DNA of 64,000 bases from Eledone cirrhosa. Its lineage: Eukaryota. The stretch's first letter is position 1, and every line of letters begins with the position of its first letter. Shown here one piece after another: positions 1 through 13,568 of this stretch. The position numbers and the translations under genes are program-made. Under the pieces are notes generated by a model. That model searched no databases. It was not told the origin of the DNA and saw only the letters and a list, made by a program, of their open reading frames with translations. Location: assembly GCA_964016885.1 (NCBI GenBank), contig OZ024752.1, positions 45,446,001 to 45,510,000 on the forward strand, in the 5' to 3' direction.

Positions 1-910
1 CCAGCTGGTATTATTTTCAATAAAATACTTTTACTGCAATTTAAACTGTAGAAGCAGATCTTTGGGAGGTAATTTTTGAAATAGTGAAAACTTTTAGATA
101 TTAAAATATACATACTGCAAAATGTAAATTATTTTTCAGAAGAATCAAAAAAAAAATATTGCATTTAATAAGAAATTTCTCCATAAACAAACATGAAATC
201 ATTTGAATCATGGTGGACTAAAGCAGAGTAGCAGTAAAAGAATATATTACCATGTCAATCCATTTTCTTACAATTATTTCATTCTTTTATTTTTATAATA
301 AATAGACTAGAACTATTTTATCTCTTAAAGTCCTGTACCACATGAAACAGCATTAGCAAAACATTCTTGAAAAGTATAAAACAGCTCTATGACAACATCA
401 CATTAAAAATTAAAGTCTTTACTCCAATGCTACAAATGTTTACAAAGATCTGTCCACCAGTAAAGAGACTATAAACATTTTAATTAACAAACCCATTTTT
501 TTTTTTTTTTTTTGGGCGGACATTTTCTCAAAAATTATTGCAAGATGTTCGGAACCAGAGTGCTTGAACCACAGTCAATAACGGTGAATAACCTCAGTCT
601 TTATGTTTGGTTATTGGTTAAGTTTGTTACTGGTGATCTGATCTTAATAGAATCATTATATGATGCTGCTGCAAATATTAGTGGAGTATTTATCTATGAA
701 TGTGTAATATCAAGAAACTTTAAACTTTAGCAGTACAAATGGGATTTTATTTGAGTATGTATGAATATTTTTATGCACTAGTACAAATGAACTGTTTGTG
801 TATATGTATACATGTATATATACACATATTACATAAGTGTGTGTATATATATATATATATATATAAATATATATGTATAGATATGTATACATGTATACAT
901 ACACACACAC

Positions 911-948
<38 letters not shown>

Positions 949-2092
949 AGATGTGTATATATACATGTATACATACACACACACATGTATATATATATAT
1001 ATATGCATGTGTGTGTACAATTTTCTTCATAGAAAGGTTCACAAAACTGTTAAAAGCATAAATATTGTTTAGCAAACTAGAAAATTGTCTGCAATCATAC
1101 AAGTATATGGATTAACTGGAGTGTGGAATATTTGTAAAAAGGAAAAAAATTGTTAGAATGCAGATATTATATTACAAAGAAATAATGTCCAAATACTTCG
1201 AAGAATGGTGTACATGAGATAGAAAGAATTTAGTATGATGACAAACTTTGTGTGCAAACATTTTCAGAATAAATTTTCCTTTTTTATGAAACTTAAAGTT
1301 ACATATTCTTGTGTGGTGAGAGATGCATCATAAGAAGAAGAAAAAATATATATATACTTAATAAATGTAAATAAGTAAAATTTGATAATGTCTATGTTTT
1401 GAAAATCACAATAATGTTGATGTCAAAATGGCCTGATAAATCTCTTCATTATAATTATTTTGTATCTATTGCTACCTTTCCTTGGGTGCCTAAAAGCTAT
1501 CAACATGTCCCTTCTATTGTGGTGACATGTGAAATAAACTGAATTGTAAGTCCCCAAGAATTGCTTATAAGAATCCTGATTAATAGAAATCTTTGGTGAG
1601 ATCTTTCTACTTCCCATATAAGATTTTTATCAATCAAGGTTCAAGAAAATATTTGTTTAAGTTTTAGTTACTTTTATAAACTTTTGTTTGTTGTTTGGTA
1701 AAAATGTATACACTAGTCACACACACAACAAACATTTTCACAGACAACACGCTCAAACATGCACACATACAATTACATTCATAAAATAAACACTCTTATA
1801 GATATACCCCCACACTCAAACACACACAGCTCTGAAACCAACGGTTATAAGGATGTCTCCAAAACTCAGAGAGGTCCTACAAATAATGTCAAAGTTACTC
1901 CTGTGGCACTCTCAGAGTAGTGACCCTGAATTTTAAGCTTCATTAGTTTTATAGTAGATCCACCACGAACATATATATATATATATAGTTAATTAGAAAG
2001 TGAACAACACAATATATAACTAATCCATTACCAAAGGTTTCAGGACCCCAGACAATATTAACATATGTCTAGATTGTTCTATACATATTAAC

Positions 2093-2138
<46 letters not shown>

Positions 2139-4082
2139 GGTTTCTAAGATCATTGTTCAACTTGAGAATACTCTATATTTATGGAATAAGATAAAGTTCT
2201 TTTCAGCTATATAATTTGTTTAATATTATATTATTGATACATTTTAATATATTTTCTATTCGGGATAAAAATAATAATAATAATAATGAAATTATTGTGT
2301 ACAGTGCTCAGGTGCACTACAACTCAGAAAAAGGTGCATGTATAGTACATAGAATAAATAGCTATGTATTAGATTATAACATTTCTTGATCCTGGGGAAT
2401 ATTTCTGTCTTTTTAACATTCCATATAGTTATGTTTTCTATCTAGAAAAGAACCTTTGAAGTTATATTTCAGAAAATTCATTCATAAAAACAGTTGTTTT
2501 TTTTAAAATACGACCATAAATTGTAGTGTTGGAGTCAAGAAGGCATTAAAAAAATGTCTCTAAAAACTAGGGGTCAACTTATAGAGTGGGAAGAAAGAAC
2601 TCCTGTGAAGGTATACTACCATGTTTTACTATAAAATATACAGTTTGTATATTATGGTCATCATGTAAAATATTTTGGGGATAATCTACTTAAATATTTT
2701 CTAGATGTACTTATGTTTTATTATATAATATAAGGTGTATATATTGGAGGTGTAGGACTATATGATGTAAGGTGTGTATATATTATAGAAGGTATATAAC
2801 TATATAATATAAGGTGTGTATATTATAGAAGGTATATGTCTATATAATAGAAGGTATATAACTATATAATATAAGGTATGTATGTTAGACATATATGACT
2901 ATATAATATAAGATGTGTATATATTATAGAGGGTATATGTCTATATAATATAAGATATATATATTACAGTCATAAACACAGCTACCAATGTCCTATAGTT
3001 TACTATGGTATTTTCTAGAAGATCTACTATCATATGTTCTAATATAATCTAATATATGGTATATATATATATATTATATAGTCATCAGAATATTCCTAAC
3101 ACAGCCAACAACAAGAACAGCCATATTAGATGGACTTGTAAGAAACAATCTATGGTAACTAGAATGAAAACAATTTGCCTGCAATTATCATATTGATTAA
3201 ATATCAATGTCTTCTGTTTATTTTAACTTTATAACCACATCGAAAAGTAATTTTAGCCATTAAAAAACACACAAAATTGTTAACTTTACTTTATATCTAT
3301 CATTTATTTCTTGATGTTATAAATATATCGTAAATTTAAGAGTTTTTTTAATGTGATTTTCAATGGCTAAAATGACTCTTCCATGATGTAATTGTTTTAG
3401 TTTCAACACATGGTTTCAGAATAAGTCATTTACCAGATAAATACAACTGTGGATAAAATGACTCTTCCAAAATGTAATTGTTTTAGTTTCAACACATGGT
3501 TTCAGATCAAATTATTTATAAAATGTCTCCTCCATGATGTAACTGTTTTAGTTTCAATACATCATTTCAGATCAAATTATTTGCCAGACATGTACAACTC
3601 CCAAATATTTTACGATTGTTTTGTTCAAACAAATTTTCAAACATTCTTCTTTGAAATATTCTTCTTTGATAATTTCTTCTTTGATAATTTCTTCTCTTAT
3701 TTTAAATTTAAGGTCAACCGAATGAATTTGAAAAACAAAAAAAAAAAAACAGACAAAAAGAGAACAGAACTTTAGATACAACAGACATATTTTAAAATGT
3801 CTTTAATGTAACTTTAGTTATTATTAAACACATATTTAACAATATCCCCTTCATTACTTTAGTTCTTAAGTGATATTTAGTAATGTCTACTCTAGTTAGT
3901 CCTTTAACTATGTCTTTAATATTCAATCAATAAACATGTTCTTACACGACTATACAGGATGTGTCCATATTGAAAAAATATTCAAATTGTCTGAATCTGT
4001 TATTTTTCTCTTCCTTCTTTCATCATTCAGTGTCTGTCTGTCTGTCTATATGTATGTATATATGTCTGTCTGTCTGTATGAA

Positions 4083-4114
<32 letters not shown>

Positions 4115-4412
4115 CACCGGGGAGTGAAAGGCCCCCCAGTTGTTGTCAGAGAGAAACTCTGAAAAAAAAAAACCTGTGTCTTCGGAAGCATCCGATGTTG
4201 ACCAGCTCTCCTTTTCGGGTAGTGTTTTCGATACTCAGAGAATTGGATTGGTCAAGGGCAAGGCCTTTCCCCACTTAAAAAACCTTCAAAGCACAGGCAT
4301 TGCTTGTTCAGAATATGTTACAAGTTTGTGTGGCTGGCCGTAGCCTAAAAGTGCACTAATTTCTGTAATCTGACAAGTGATTGCAATACTCTTAGCAGAG
4401 TTTGCAGCCATC

Positions 4413-4451
<39 letters not shown>

Positions 4452-4579
4452 TGCCTGTCTGTCTGAATGTCTATATATATATATTTTTTTATATATATAT
4501 ATATGTCTGTCTGTATGTATATATGCATATATATATATATATATATGTCTGTCTGTATGTATATATGCATGTATATATA

Positions 4580-4622
<43 letters not shown>

Positions 4623-4672
4623 CTGTCTGTATATATGTATGTCTGTATATATGTATGTTTGTCTGTATGTAT

Positions 4673-5075
4673 GAGAGCAGTGGAGGCCGTGTACAGAGAA
4701 GCTTTCAGTGAACTGAATGTCGGTAATGAGTTTAGTGAGGAATTCAATGACCAGGTAGGTGTTCAACAAAGCTCAGTCCTCAGCTCACCTCTGCTTATAT
4801 AGTTCTCCAGGTAATAACAGAGGAGTTTAAGACTGTTCTTGGAAACTTCTGTTTGTTGATGACCTTGTTCTTATATTCAAATTTACAGAAAAGCTAGAGA
4901 AAAAATACTAGCTTTGAAAACGAGACTTAGAATCAAATGGGTTTAGAGTAAATATAGAAAAGAAAGTTTTGGTAAGTAGGAAGGAAGGCAGGACCTTGAT
5001 CTCATAGAGGAATTGGTCTTGCTCAACATGTAGAACAGAAGGAAGTAGAAACTCTATAAGATGTAAATCTTGGGT
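4673..5075 (+). pseudogene. RTE-clade LINE reverse transcriptase fragment
   Basis: Degenerate RT motifs [14 protein letters not shown] (GVHQGSVLSPLLF) and FVDDLVL (YADD), with stops and frameshifts. Confidence 0.75.
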
Positions 5076-5081
5076 ATTTAA

Positions 5082-5302
5082 CCCTTTAGCATTTACATTA
5101 CTCTATATTTACTGTTGTATTTTTGTGGTAAAGGCTTTATCTTACGTAATTATCTCACATAATATCGAATCTATGAGATTTTGATGTTATGTATTTTGAG
5201 AGCAATAACTTAACATCAGTATGAGCAGCGAGTTATGGTCGTTGTGAACAGAAAGGGGTGAGAGAATTCTGGCCGGATATGGCCAGTTTATATTCTAAAG
5301 GG
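5082..5302. mobile_element. piggyBac-like MITE family 1
   Basis: TTAA on both sides, TIR CCCTTTAG / CTAAAGGG. Other copies at 35538-36884, 54978-55187 and partial at 52382-52500. Confidence 0.8.
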
Positions 5303-5698
5303 TTAACACGTGTAGTGGGATAGCAGGCAGACTAACAGATAGCATCACTCGAATAAACTTATCAAATCCCTGGTAGTTTCCATAAAAGTAATTGTTGACT
5401 CTACTTGATGATATTACAACTATCCTAGAGATCCACACAGGAAATGGGCGTTGATGGGAATAAAACATTTATTTCAACATATTTATTCCTAGGCTAAATT
5501 ATTCAAACCAATACATCTGACAAATTGATTGATTCTGGAGTTACATCAATCACATCAATCATCTGGGAAATGTATATAATGGTCAATATTCAATAAAAAA
5601 AAACATTTTAAAGTGAAACATTGTTGCATCAAACTTAATATATACACTCTGTTATAACGCAGAGTGCTTATATTGGTATCACCTCCAGTAATTTACAA

Positions 5699-5730
<32 letters not shown>

Positions 5731-5734
<4 letters not shown>

Positions 5735-5824
5735 TAAAATATTTGCTCTACGGTTCTTATATATTTGATATATATTTTCCTTATCGAGCCCTCTTTGGAT
5801 TTTAGTCTTCAATTTTATTATTAT

Positions 5825-5828
<4 letters not shown>
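5731..5828 (+). mobile_element. Family B tail-only copy between (TA)n tracts
   Basis: Near-identical to 17950-18048. Confidence 0.65.
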
Positions 5829-5869
<41 letters not shown>

Positions 5870-6048
5870 GGTGTGTTTCAACATAGGGTTTCACATAAAA
5901 ATTCTTGAAAAATAATATATATATATATTGCAACCGCTCCATATATACACTCTGAGAATGGTTGGCTCATGTATGGGTTCAAACTATTTCTTATTGAGTG
6001 ACAAATTGAGAGCAACTGAGCCATAAAAAATGTTTTTCCTCTTGTCTT

Positions 6049-6106
<58 letters not shown>

Positions 6107-9100
6107 GTTTGTTTCTTAATTTTTTGGGGGGGCAAGATATTTTATGTGAAATGATGTGTTGAAATATATATTATTATAGTTTAGAAGGGTCACGTTGCCA
6201 ATAAAAACACATGAACCAGTTAACTCTCTGCAAATCATGTGACATACACAACAACAATCATAATAATTCTTAACATCTTGTACCACATAGGCAAAACATT
6301 CTTGAAAAATACGAAACATCTCTATGACTACATTATATTAAAAATTTAAATATTATTTTATTGCAAATTTTCCCAACAATCTGTTCCCTAGTAAAGTTAA
6401 TATAAACATCTGAATTAAAAAACCTATTTTTTAGATATTTTCTGCTAAATGAGATATTAAGAGTTAAGGCCATCTCTGTTAAAGTAGGGGTTAGCCTTGT
6501 GGCCCATATGGCAAGCTTCATACCCAACATGGGGTTATTTTTGAAGTGAATGTTTTACAATTGGATGCCCTGTCTAGCATCAACTATCTTAATCACCTCT
6601 TATGACACACAGGAATATGGTGAACCAACTTTAAACTGGATACACAAAGCATAGAGTATAGGAATGGCTAGAAACAAATTGGCAGGGTCATTAAAACATC
6701 AGATAGAAGGTTTTGTATTCATTCTGGTTCTCTGCACTGACTTCAAAACCCGTCACAGTTGACTTCACCTTTCAACATTTTGAATTTGTTATATAAAGTA
6801 CTAGTCCAGTACTGGGGTTGATTCTTCCTTTATCTCTCTCGCTCTCTCTCACTCTCTGGAAGTCATTAGTTATGATCAGATCTGGGAAAAAATGGTTTCT
6901 GCTAGGTTTAAAATGCCCAAAACACACCACTACAACTCCATCAGGAGTTATGGATATATGACACAGGAGCAGCTAGCTGTAAATATACAGTTGTCATATG
7001 ATAACTGCTAAGATTCTAGTGGTGCGCCCTTAATAACCAGATTTGATTTGATCCCGTTAAAGCCTGAGTAAAAAGAATTCCATAAGTCTTTACTTCTGTT
7101 AATAAATTAAGAGATTATCAAAGCAACCAAAACTTGAATCATTCTCAGTCATTTTAATCCTCAATTCTGAAAACCAGATGCCAAATTAAGAAACCAGATT
7201 ATATGAAACACACATTGAAACAAAAACAAAAATATGTCTATTTTCTTTCCTTTATTGTTCATATCGGCCTATGTTTCTTTCAAATTGAGAGAATCAAATT
7301 TGCTAGCATTTTAAGCTATTAAATAAACATTCTTTATTAAACTTATCAACTGGTTAGTAGAAAATGGTGTGAGGTGTGTGGGGGGTATGATATGATATTG
7401 CTGTTCATTTGTAATTCCCTGTGTAAATCTGTAAATGTTACACCAATGTTGTTATTAATATATCAGGGATCACTGTCATAACATCATTATTTTTATCATT
7501 CATAACTGTTAAAGTCATTCTTTCTCTCTCATTATAATTATTATTTCAATGAGGAAATAGTTGCAACAATACAAAAACAAATATTACCACCATTTCGATT
7601 TTATTTTTATTATCTCCCTTTATAATTACCATCATCACCATCATAATCATCACCATCATCCTTTTACATCTATGTCCCATAATGGTAGAGGTGAGATGAA
7701 ACAGTTATCTTCACCATCTTTTCAGTGGATCATTTACATAATGATGATGAGGATAATGGTTTCTGATTTAGGCACAAGGCCAACAAATTTAGGGGTAGGT
7801 GAGTCGATTAAATTGACCCCAGTGCATTAGACCCTGTAAGGATCAAAGCTAAATAACAATGACTAAATATCATAAAAAATATAATTTGAATACACTTAAG
7901 GATATAAACAATCTTCAAATGTGTGTGTGTGTGTGTGTGTGTGTGTAGAAAGAATTCACAAGAAGTGTCTGTGATATATTTTGAACATCAACTAGAAATG
8001 TTTTATAGCTGACACAAAAGGTTTGTCTCATCAAGTTTGGGTCTACATTGAGTTGAGAACATCTGTTGTTGCTGCCTCTACTGTTGCTTACTTTCTCTCT
8101 TTTTTCTGCCTTTCCAGAATTTCTGAGCAGATGACCTACAGATGACTGTTACTGCAACATATGTAACAGCTGGGCTTTCTGCCCTGCACTATTAATATTA
8201 TCAATTTTATTTCTGCACCCACAATAGTTTATAAAATAATATGAAAGATATGAACCACAGTAGAAATAAACAATGCTGGCCAAATATAATTGATAGACAC
8301 ATAGACAAAGAAATAAATTAGTTTTTGACGGTTTCATATGGTTTGATATCAAAAGGTTTAAACCTACAGTTAGGCTCGCCTGTTTTAGTACCACCACCCA
8401 ACTCTTCAGTGGTGAAAGTATTGATCCGGGTCTCCATTTTGAGAATTTCTCACTCTTGTCTTCCCATCAGTTATCGAGATCCTGAAAACAGTCATGGGCA
8501 CTACCCCATCTTCCTGACTAAACGATCAATAAAATCCAAACTATAATTAGAAAATGTTTTACTTAACCAACCATCGGTTAGGACAAAGCACTAAGAGAAA
8601 TGAGGAACTATTTAGAGGTGAGGGTGTTTGGTAACTAAACATCTCTAGTATAGAGTTACTGATGAAAATAATAACTTTAAAATAGGAAAATAACAAAATA
8701 TATGATGAGTTGTAATGTTAAGACTGCATATATATAATCAATCATATTGATTGATCAGATTTGGTTACAACTGAGTATAACAAAATCAATAAGACAGAGT
8801 TGATTGCTACTTGGTATAGACTACAAACTGTTTAAATCTTTCATTACTATATTTCTAATGAATGACACTGCTTATAATTATAATAACTTTAAAAATAACC
8901 AAAAATATTTATAGTTCTTTCTAATACTGCCTCCATTTATTGAACAAATTGTATTGTGTTATTTGAAAAAAATTAAACAACATCAAGAATTAGCAGGAAT
9001 TCTCTTTATTAAGCTGGTGTTTAGAACATAACTTAAAGGTTCTTATATAAAATTATTGTGGAAATTTTTTAGATAAACATTTTAAAACTATTTCTTTACC

Positions 9101-9589
9101 ATATTTCTCATGAAAGACATTGCCTATAATTTTAAATCATTTTGGAAATAATCAAGAATTTTCAGAGATTTAGTTATATAACTAACTTTTTCATTATTAA
9201 GCTGGTATTTGGAACATAACTTAAAGGTTCTTATATAAAATTGTGATGGTAAGGTTTTTAGATAGATATAAATAATTTAAAACAAACTGTGTATCATAGT
9301 ATCGCTATCATATAACCTCTACCTGTATATATTTACAAATAGCAAAATAAAAACAAGTTAAATTAATGATCACAAAAACACCCATCAAACAAAAATGTGT
9401 GTTAAAAGTCATTTAAATGCTAACAACTGAATATATGTTCTTGGAAGAACTACAAAAAAATTTTTTTTCATTTTTTAATCGGTAAAAACTAAATCGAAAT
9501 AGGATTATTTACAACTCACAAACTGTAAAACTTGAAGTAATTGAAAAAAATTATTGGCACAAATATAAAAATAAAAATATAATAACTAT

Positions 9590-9840
9590 AAATATAATAA
9601 CCTAAATGTTGAGGATAAAAACAGAAAGAACCCTATAATAATAAGGGCTCTGGGAAAAACAGAAACCCCTATAATAATATGGGCTCTGAGAAAAATAGGA
9701 AGAACCCCTATAATAATAAGGGCTCTGGGAAAAACACACACAAACAGAGATTACATAACTAAAACCCCAGAATTTACAAACATATACAAACAGGAAATAA
9801 TACTACGAAGTACTGCAAACATATTACATAGAACAAACAA
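9590..9840 (+). pseudogene. Degenerate RLE-type LINE 3' fragment with an internal triplication
   Basis: Homologous to 11330-11490. The segment ccctataataataagggctctgggaaaa (PIIIRALG) occurs three times. Confidence 0.55.
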
Positions 9841-9880
9841 TGTAGGAAGTGAAACAATCTTTTGACTTTTGAAGTACTGA

Positions 9881-9924
<44 letters not shown>

Positions 9925-9956
9925 TCAGCAATATATATATATATATATATATATAC

Positions 9957-10406
9957 GATATTAAATAAATGGAAACTATATTTATAAAACCATATTTATT
10001 TCATTATATATATTTCAGGGATAACATATTAACAATATGCTATGCTTTCCTCAGACAAAATACAATATAGACAGTTTTATAGATAAATAGATTTGACATA
10101 CCGTTCAACATCGACTTGTATTTGAAAAGTTGATTTGGCAAATCAACTTTTCAAATACAAGTCGATGTTGAACGGTATGTCAAATCTATTTATCTATAAA
10201 ACTGTCTATATTGTATTTTGTCTGAGGAAAGCATAGCATATTGTTAATATGTTATCCCTGAAATATATATAATGAAATAAATATGGTTTTATAAATATAG
10301 TTTCCATTTATTTAATATCATAAATATACTCCAAATACTTGTCGAGTGCTTTTATATCAGTTATAAATATTTACTAGTTATAACCCAACAATTTAAATAT
10401 AACTTT

Positions 10407-10408
<2 letters not shown>
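9957..10408. mobile_element. Family A fold-back element (Penelope-like pLTR type) in (TA)n
   Basis: Inverted arms 9957-10137 / 10139-10319 with a 1-nt spacer, ~90-nt tail, (TA)n on both sides. Homologous to 18771-19091, 22249-22691 and 49601-49850. Confidence 0.75.
10214..10280 (+). ncRNA. Type I hammerhead ribozyme motif (mirror copy on - strand near 9996-10062)
   Basis: Stem I tattttgt, core CTGAGGA (10222), stem II ..TAGCATAT/ATATGTTA.., GAAA (10260), palindromic stem III ATATATAT, AUA site, then atgaaata closing stem I. Confidence 0.7.
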
Positions 10409-10458
<50 letters not shown>

Positions 10459-10494
10459 TCAGCAATATATATATATATATATATATATTCTCAG

Positions 10495-10542
<48 letters not shown>

Positions 10543-10606
10543 TCAGCAATATATATATATATATATATATATATATTCTCAGCAATATATATATATATTC
10601 TCACAG

Positions 10607-10644
<38 letters not shown>

Positions 10645-10702
10645 TCAGCAATATATATATATATATATATATTCTCAGCACTATATACATATATTCTCAG
10701 CA

Positions 10703-10735
<33 letters not shown>

Positions 10736-10738
<3 letters not shown>

Positions 10739-10946
10739 ATAAAGAAAGTGCTCAAGCACAGAAATGCTATAAAGATAGCTTATAAAATAGAGTGAAGACC
10801 CTTTAAAAGACAGCATCTGGGAAATATGGGGTTCAATTCCTCATCGCGCCCAATGGCAACTTCTTTTTCCGTCTTTTAAGGGTCTTAACCCTATTCTATA
10901 AGCTATCTTTATAGTATTTCTGCCCTTGAGCACTTTCTTTATACTT
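10736..10946. mobile_element. Fold-back element with tRNA-like spacer
   Basis: Imperfect ~75-bp arms 10736-10811 / 10871-10946. Spacer contains GGGGTTCAATTCCTCATCGCGCCCA (T-arm/B-box-like). Confidence 0.55.
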
Positions 10947-10983
10947 ACATATATATATACTTATATATATATATATATATATT

Positions 10984-11052
<69 letters not shown>

Positions 11053-11053
11053 T

Positions 11054-11092
<39 letters not shown>

Positions 11093-11213
11093 TAGAGTAT
11101 TTTCAATGCTATAGAAATAACATTAGCAAAAACACAGCCCTGCATATATGGAAGACATGTGCTGCGTATGGCTGTGACAGCATGCAATGAAAACAATAAT
11201 AATAATAATAATA

Positions 11214-11620
11214 AAACCAGATATTATATTCAAAGAATACAAAGAAAATAATCTCCGCAGACGACAATATATCTCCCAAGGAAATAGAGAAACTCTCCAA
11301 ATATAAAGATCTAGAGATAGAAATAACTCAAATGTGGTTGATGAAGATAGAAACAATACCTATAATTATAGGTGTTCTAAGAATGATAAAGACACACAGA
11401 CAAATACATAACCAAAACCCCAGGACTCACAAATATATACAGCATACAGAAAATAGCACTACTAGGCATTGTACATATATTACAAAGAGTACTATCCACA
11501 CCACTAAAAACTACACTGCACATACCCAAGGCACAAGAACTGTGCTCGGTAGTGCAGTGATAATGCACACAATAATAATGATGATAATAATAATAATTAT
11601 AATAATAATATTAATAATAA
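11214..11620 (+). pseudogene. R4/Dong-like (restriction-like endonuclease) LINE 3' end in (TAA)n
   Basis: KYKDLEIEITQMW..IETIPIIIG is typical of the R4/Dong RLE C-terminus. (TAA)n on both sides. Confidence 0.7.
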
Positions 11621-11621
11621 T

Positions 11622-11913
11622 GATTTCTTTATTAACCACAAGGGTTTACACAAAGTAGACATTAAGGACAATACAGGACAAAAAAGGACGGTACAAATGG
11701 GTATTTCTGCGTGTAAAAAAAAAACAAAAAAAACAGAGGATGTAACAAAAAAAGAAAGAACAATGAAAAATTCTCCAATAGGGGGGAGACTTCTGAAGGC
11801 CATCGTGGAGAAAGCCCATTAAAAAAAAGCCACGGTGACCCTGACCACCAGGGCAAGTGCCCTCTCCCAGTTTTCCACCTTCAATTTACAGGCATATCCT
11901 CAGAGTAGGTCCA
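11622..11913 (-). mobile_element. 3' end/UTR of an L1/Tx1-like LINE
   Basis: Reverse complement shares ACTCTGAG...AGGGCACTTGCCCT..TCAGGG with the end of the 41600-42350 fragment. Confidence 0.5.
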
Positions 11914-12916
11914 ATGATGATGATAATAATTAGATTGAGTAGTTCTTGCCTTGTAAACCAAGTAAAATTTCAATTAAAATGTATGATACTTTGTGAGATA
12001 TTCTGTTTTTATTTTATGTTATTATGCTGTGTGTTGACAGAATTAGTAGAGCAACAGACAAAACACTTTGTGGAATTTAGTTATAGCTCTTTTTCTGAGG
12101 TCAAATTTGCCTTTCACCTTAACAAGGGTTAATATAATAAAGTATCAGTAATGCACTGGGGTCAATTTAATTGATTTTCACCTCCCTCAAATTTGTTGGC
12201 CTTGTGGCTAAATTAGAAACCATTATTTTAGCTATTATTTCAAAACAGAGATTAAGACAATGAAATTTACGGGGAGATGACTTTTTATTGAAAACAACAG
12301 GTATAGTAGAATTTGAAAATATTGTTAAACCAGCAACAACAACATCAACAATATCAATATCAACAAAAACAACAATGTAAAACAAAGAAAATAAAAGTAT
12401 GGATAATATTTAATTCAAATGAAACGAAAGCAAATGTTAACATTCTAACATTCTATAAACAGAAAACCCTTAAAGGGGTGAAAGCAGAAATTTCTTGCTT
12501 AAAATTTAAATCTATGCTAATAATAAATATATATATATATAAGATTATATATATATATATATAAGATTATATATATATATATATATATATATAAGATTAT
12601 ATATATATATAAGATTATATATATATATATATATATATATATAAGATTATATATATATATATAAGATTATATATATAAGATTATATATATAAGATTATAT
12701 ATATATATATAAGATTATATATATATATATATATATATATAAGATTATATATATATAAGATTATATATATAAGATTATATATATATAGACATTTATTATA
12801 TCAACAAAATATATACTTACAAATACACGTGTTTCATTGGTTTTGCCGAATTGACATTGTCAAATCGTTAGTCCAGTCATCTTATATATATATGTATGTA
12901 TATATATATATATATG

Positions 12917-12977
<61 letters not shown>

Positions 12978-12979
<2 letters not shown>

Positions 12980-13148
12980 CCATATGTGGTTGACGACAGC
13001 TGAGAGAAAGGAGTACTCAATACTGAAGTAGAGTTTTAATATTCAATAAACAAGTGAGTCTTGTTACTCTAGAGTTTCCCCTGTTTATCACAGGGTCTAA
13101 ACAGGGGAAACTCTAGAGTAACAACACTCACTTTTTATCCTTAACAAT

Positions 13149-13155
<7 letters not shown>
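12978..13155. mobile_element. Family E fold-back element
   Basis: Arms ~13052-13087 / 13098-13133. GAAACTCTAGAGTA (13107) is a hammerhead-type GAAA, palindromic stem III and GUA site. Flanked by (TG)n and (TA)n. Confidence 0.62.
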
Positions 13156-13224
<69 letters not shown>

Positions 13225-13325
13225 CACATATATATATATATATATACACATATATATATATATATATACACATATATATATATATATACATATACATATA
13301 CATATATACATATACATATATATAC

Positions 13326-13356
<31 letters not shown>

Positions 13357-13469
13357 CATATATACATATACATATATATATATATATATACAGGGCAGTA
13401 TAGGGCATGCATACAAGATCTGATACTGGAAATTGGTGCCCTGACTAAAAAAAGAGCTATGCATATGTG

Positions 13470-13509
<40 letters not shown>

Positions 13510-13530
13510 TATACATATACATATATATAC

Positions 13531-13568
<38 letters not shown>

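Noticed and set aside
8149-8481. Possible minus-strand exon after ttttcag (METRINTFTTEELGGGTKTGEPNCRFKPFD...)
   Set aside because: Looks non-repetitive, but all frames from the acceptor stop early and I recognise no homologue. RNA-seq or BLASTX is needed.
9957-10319. Perfect palindromes as assembly artefacts or miRNA precursors
   Set aside because: The same family recurs with fixed outer ends, different centres and some arm mismatches. The arms are far longer than pre-miRNAs. A raw-read check is still advisable.
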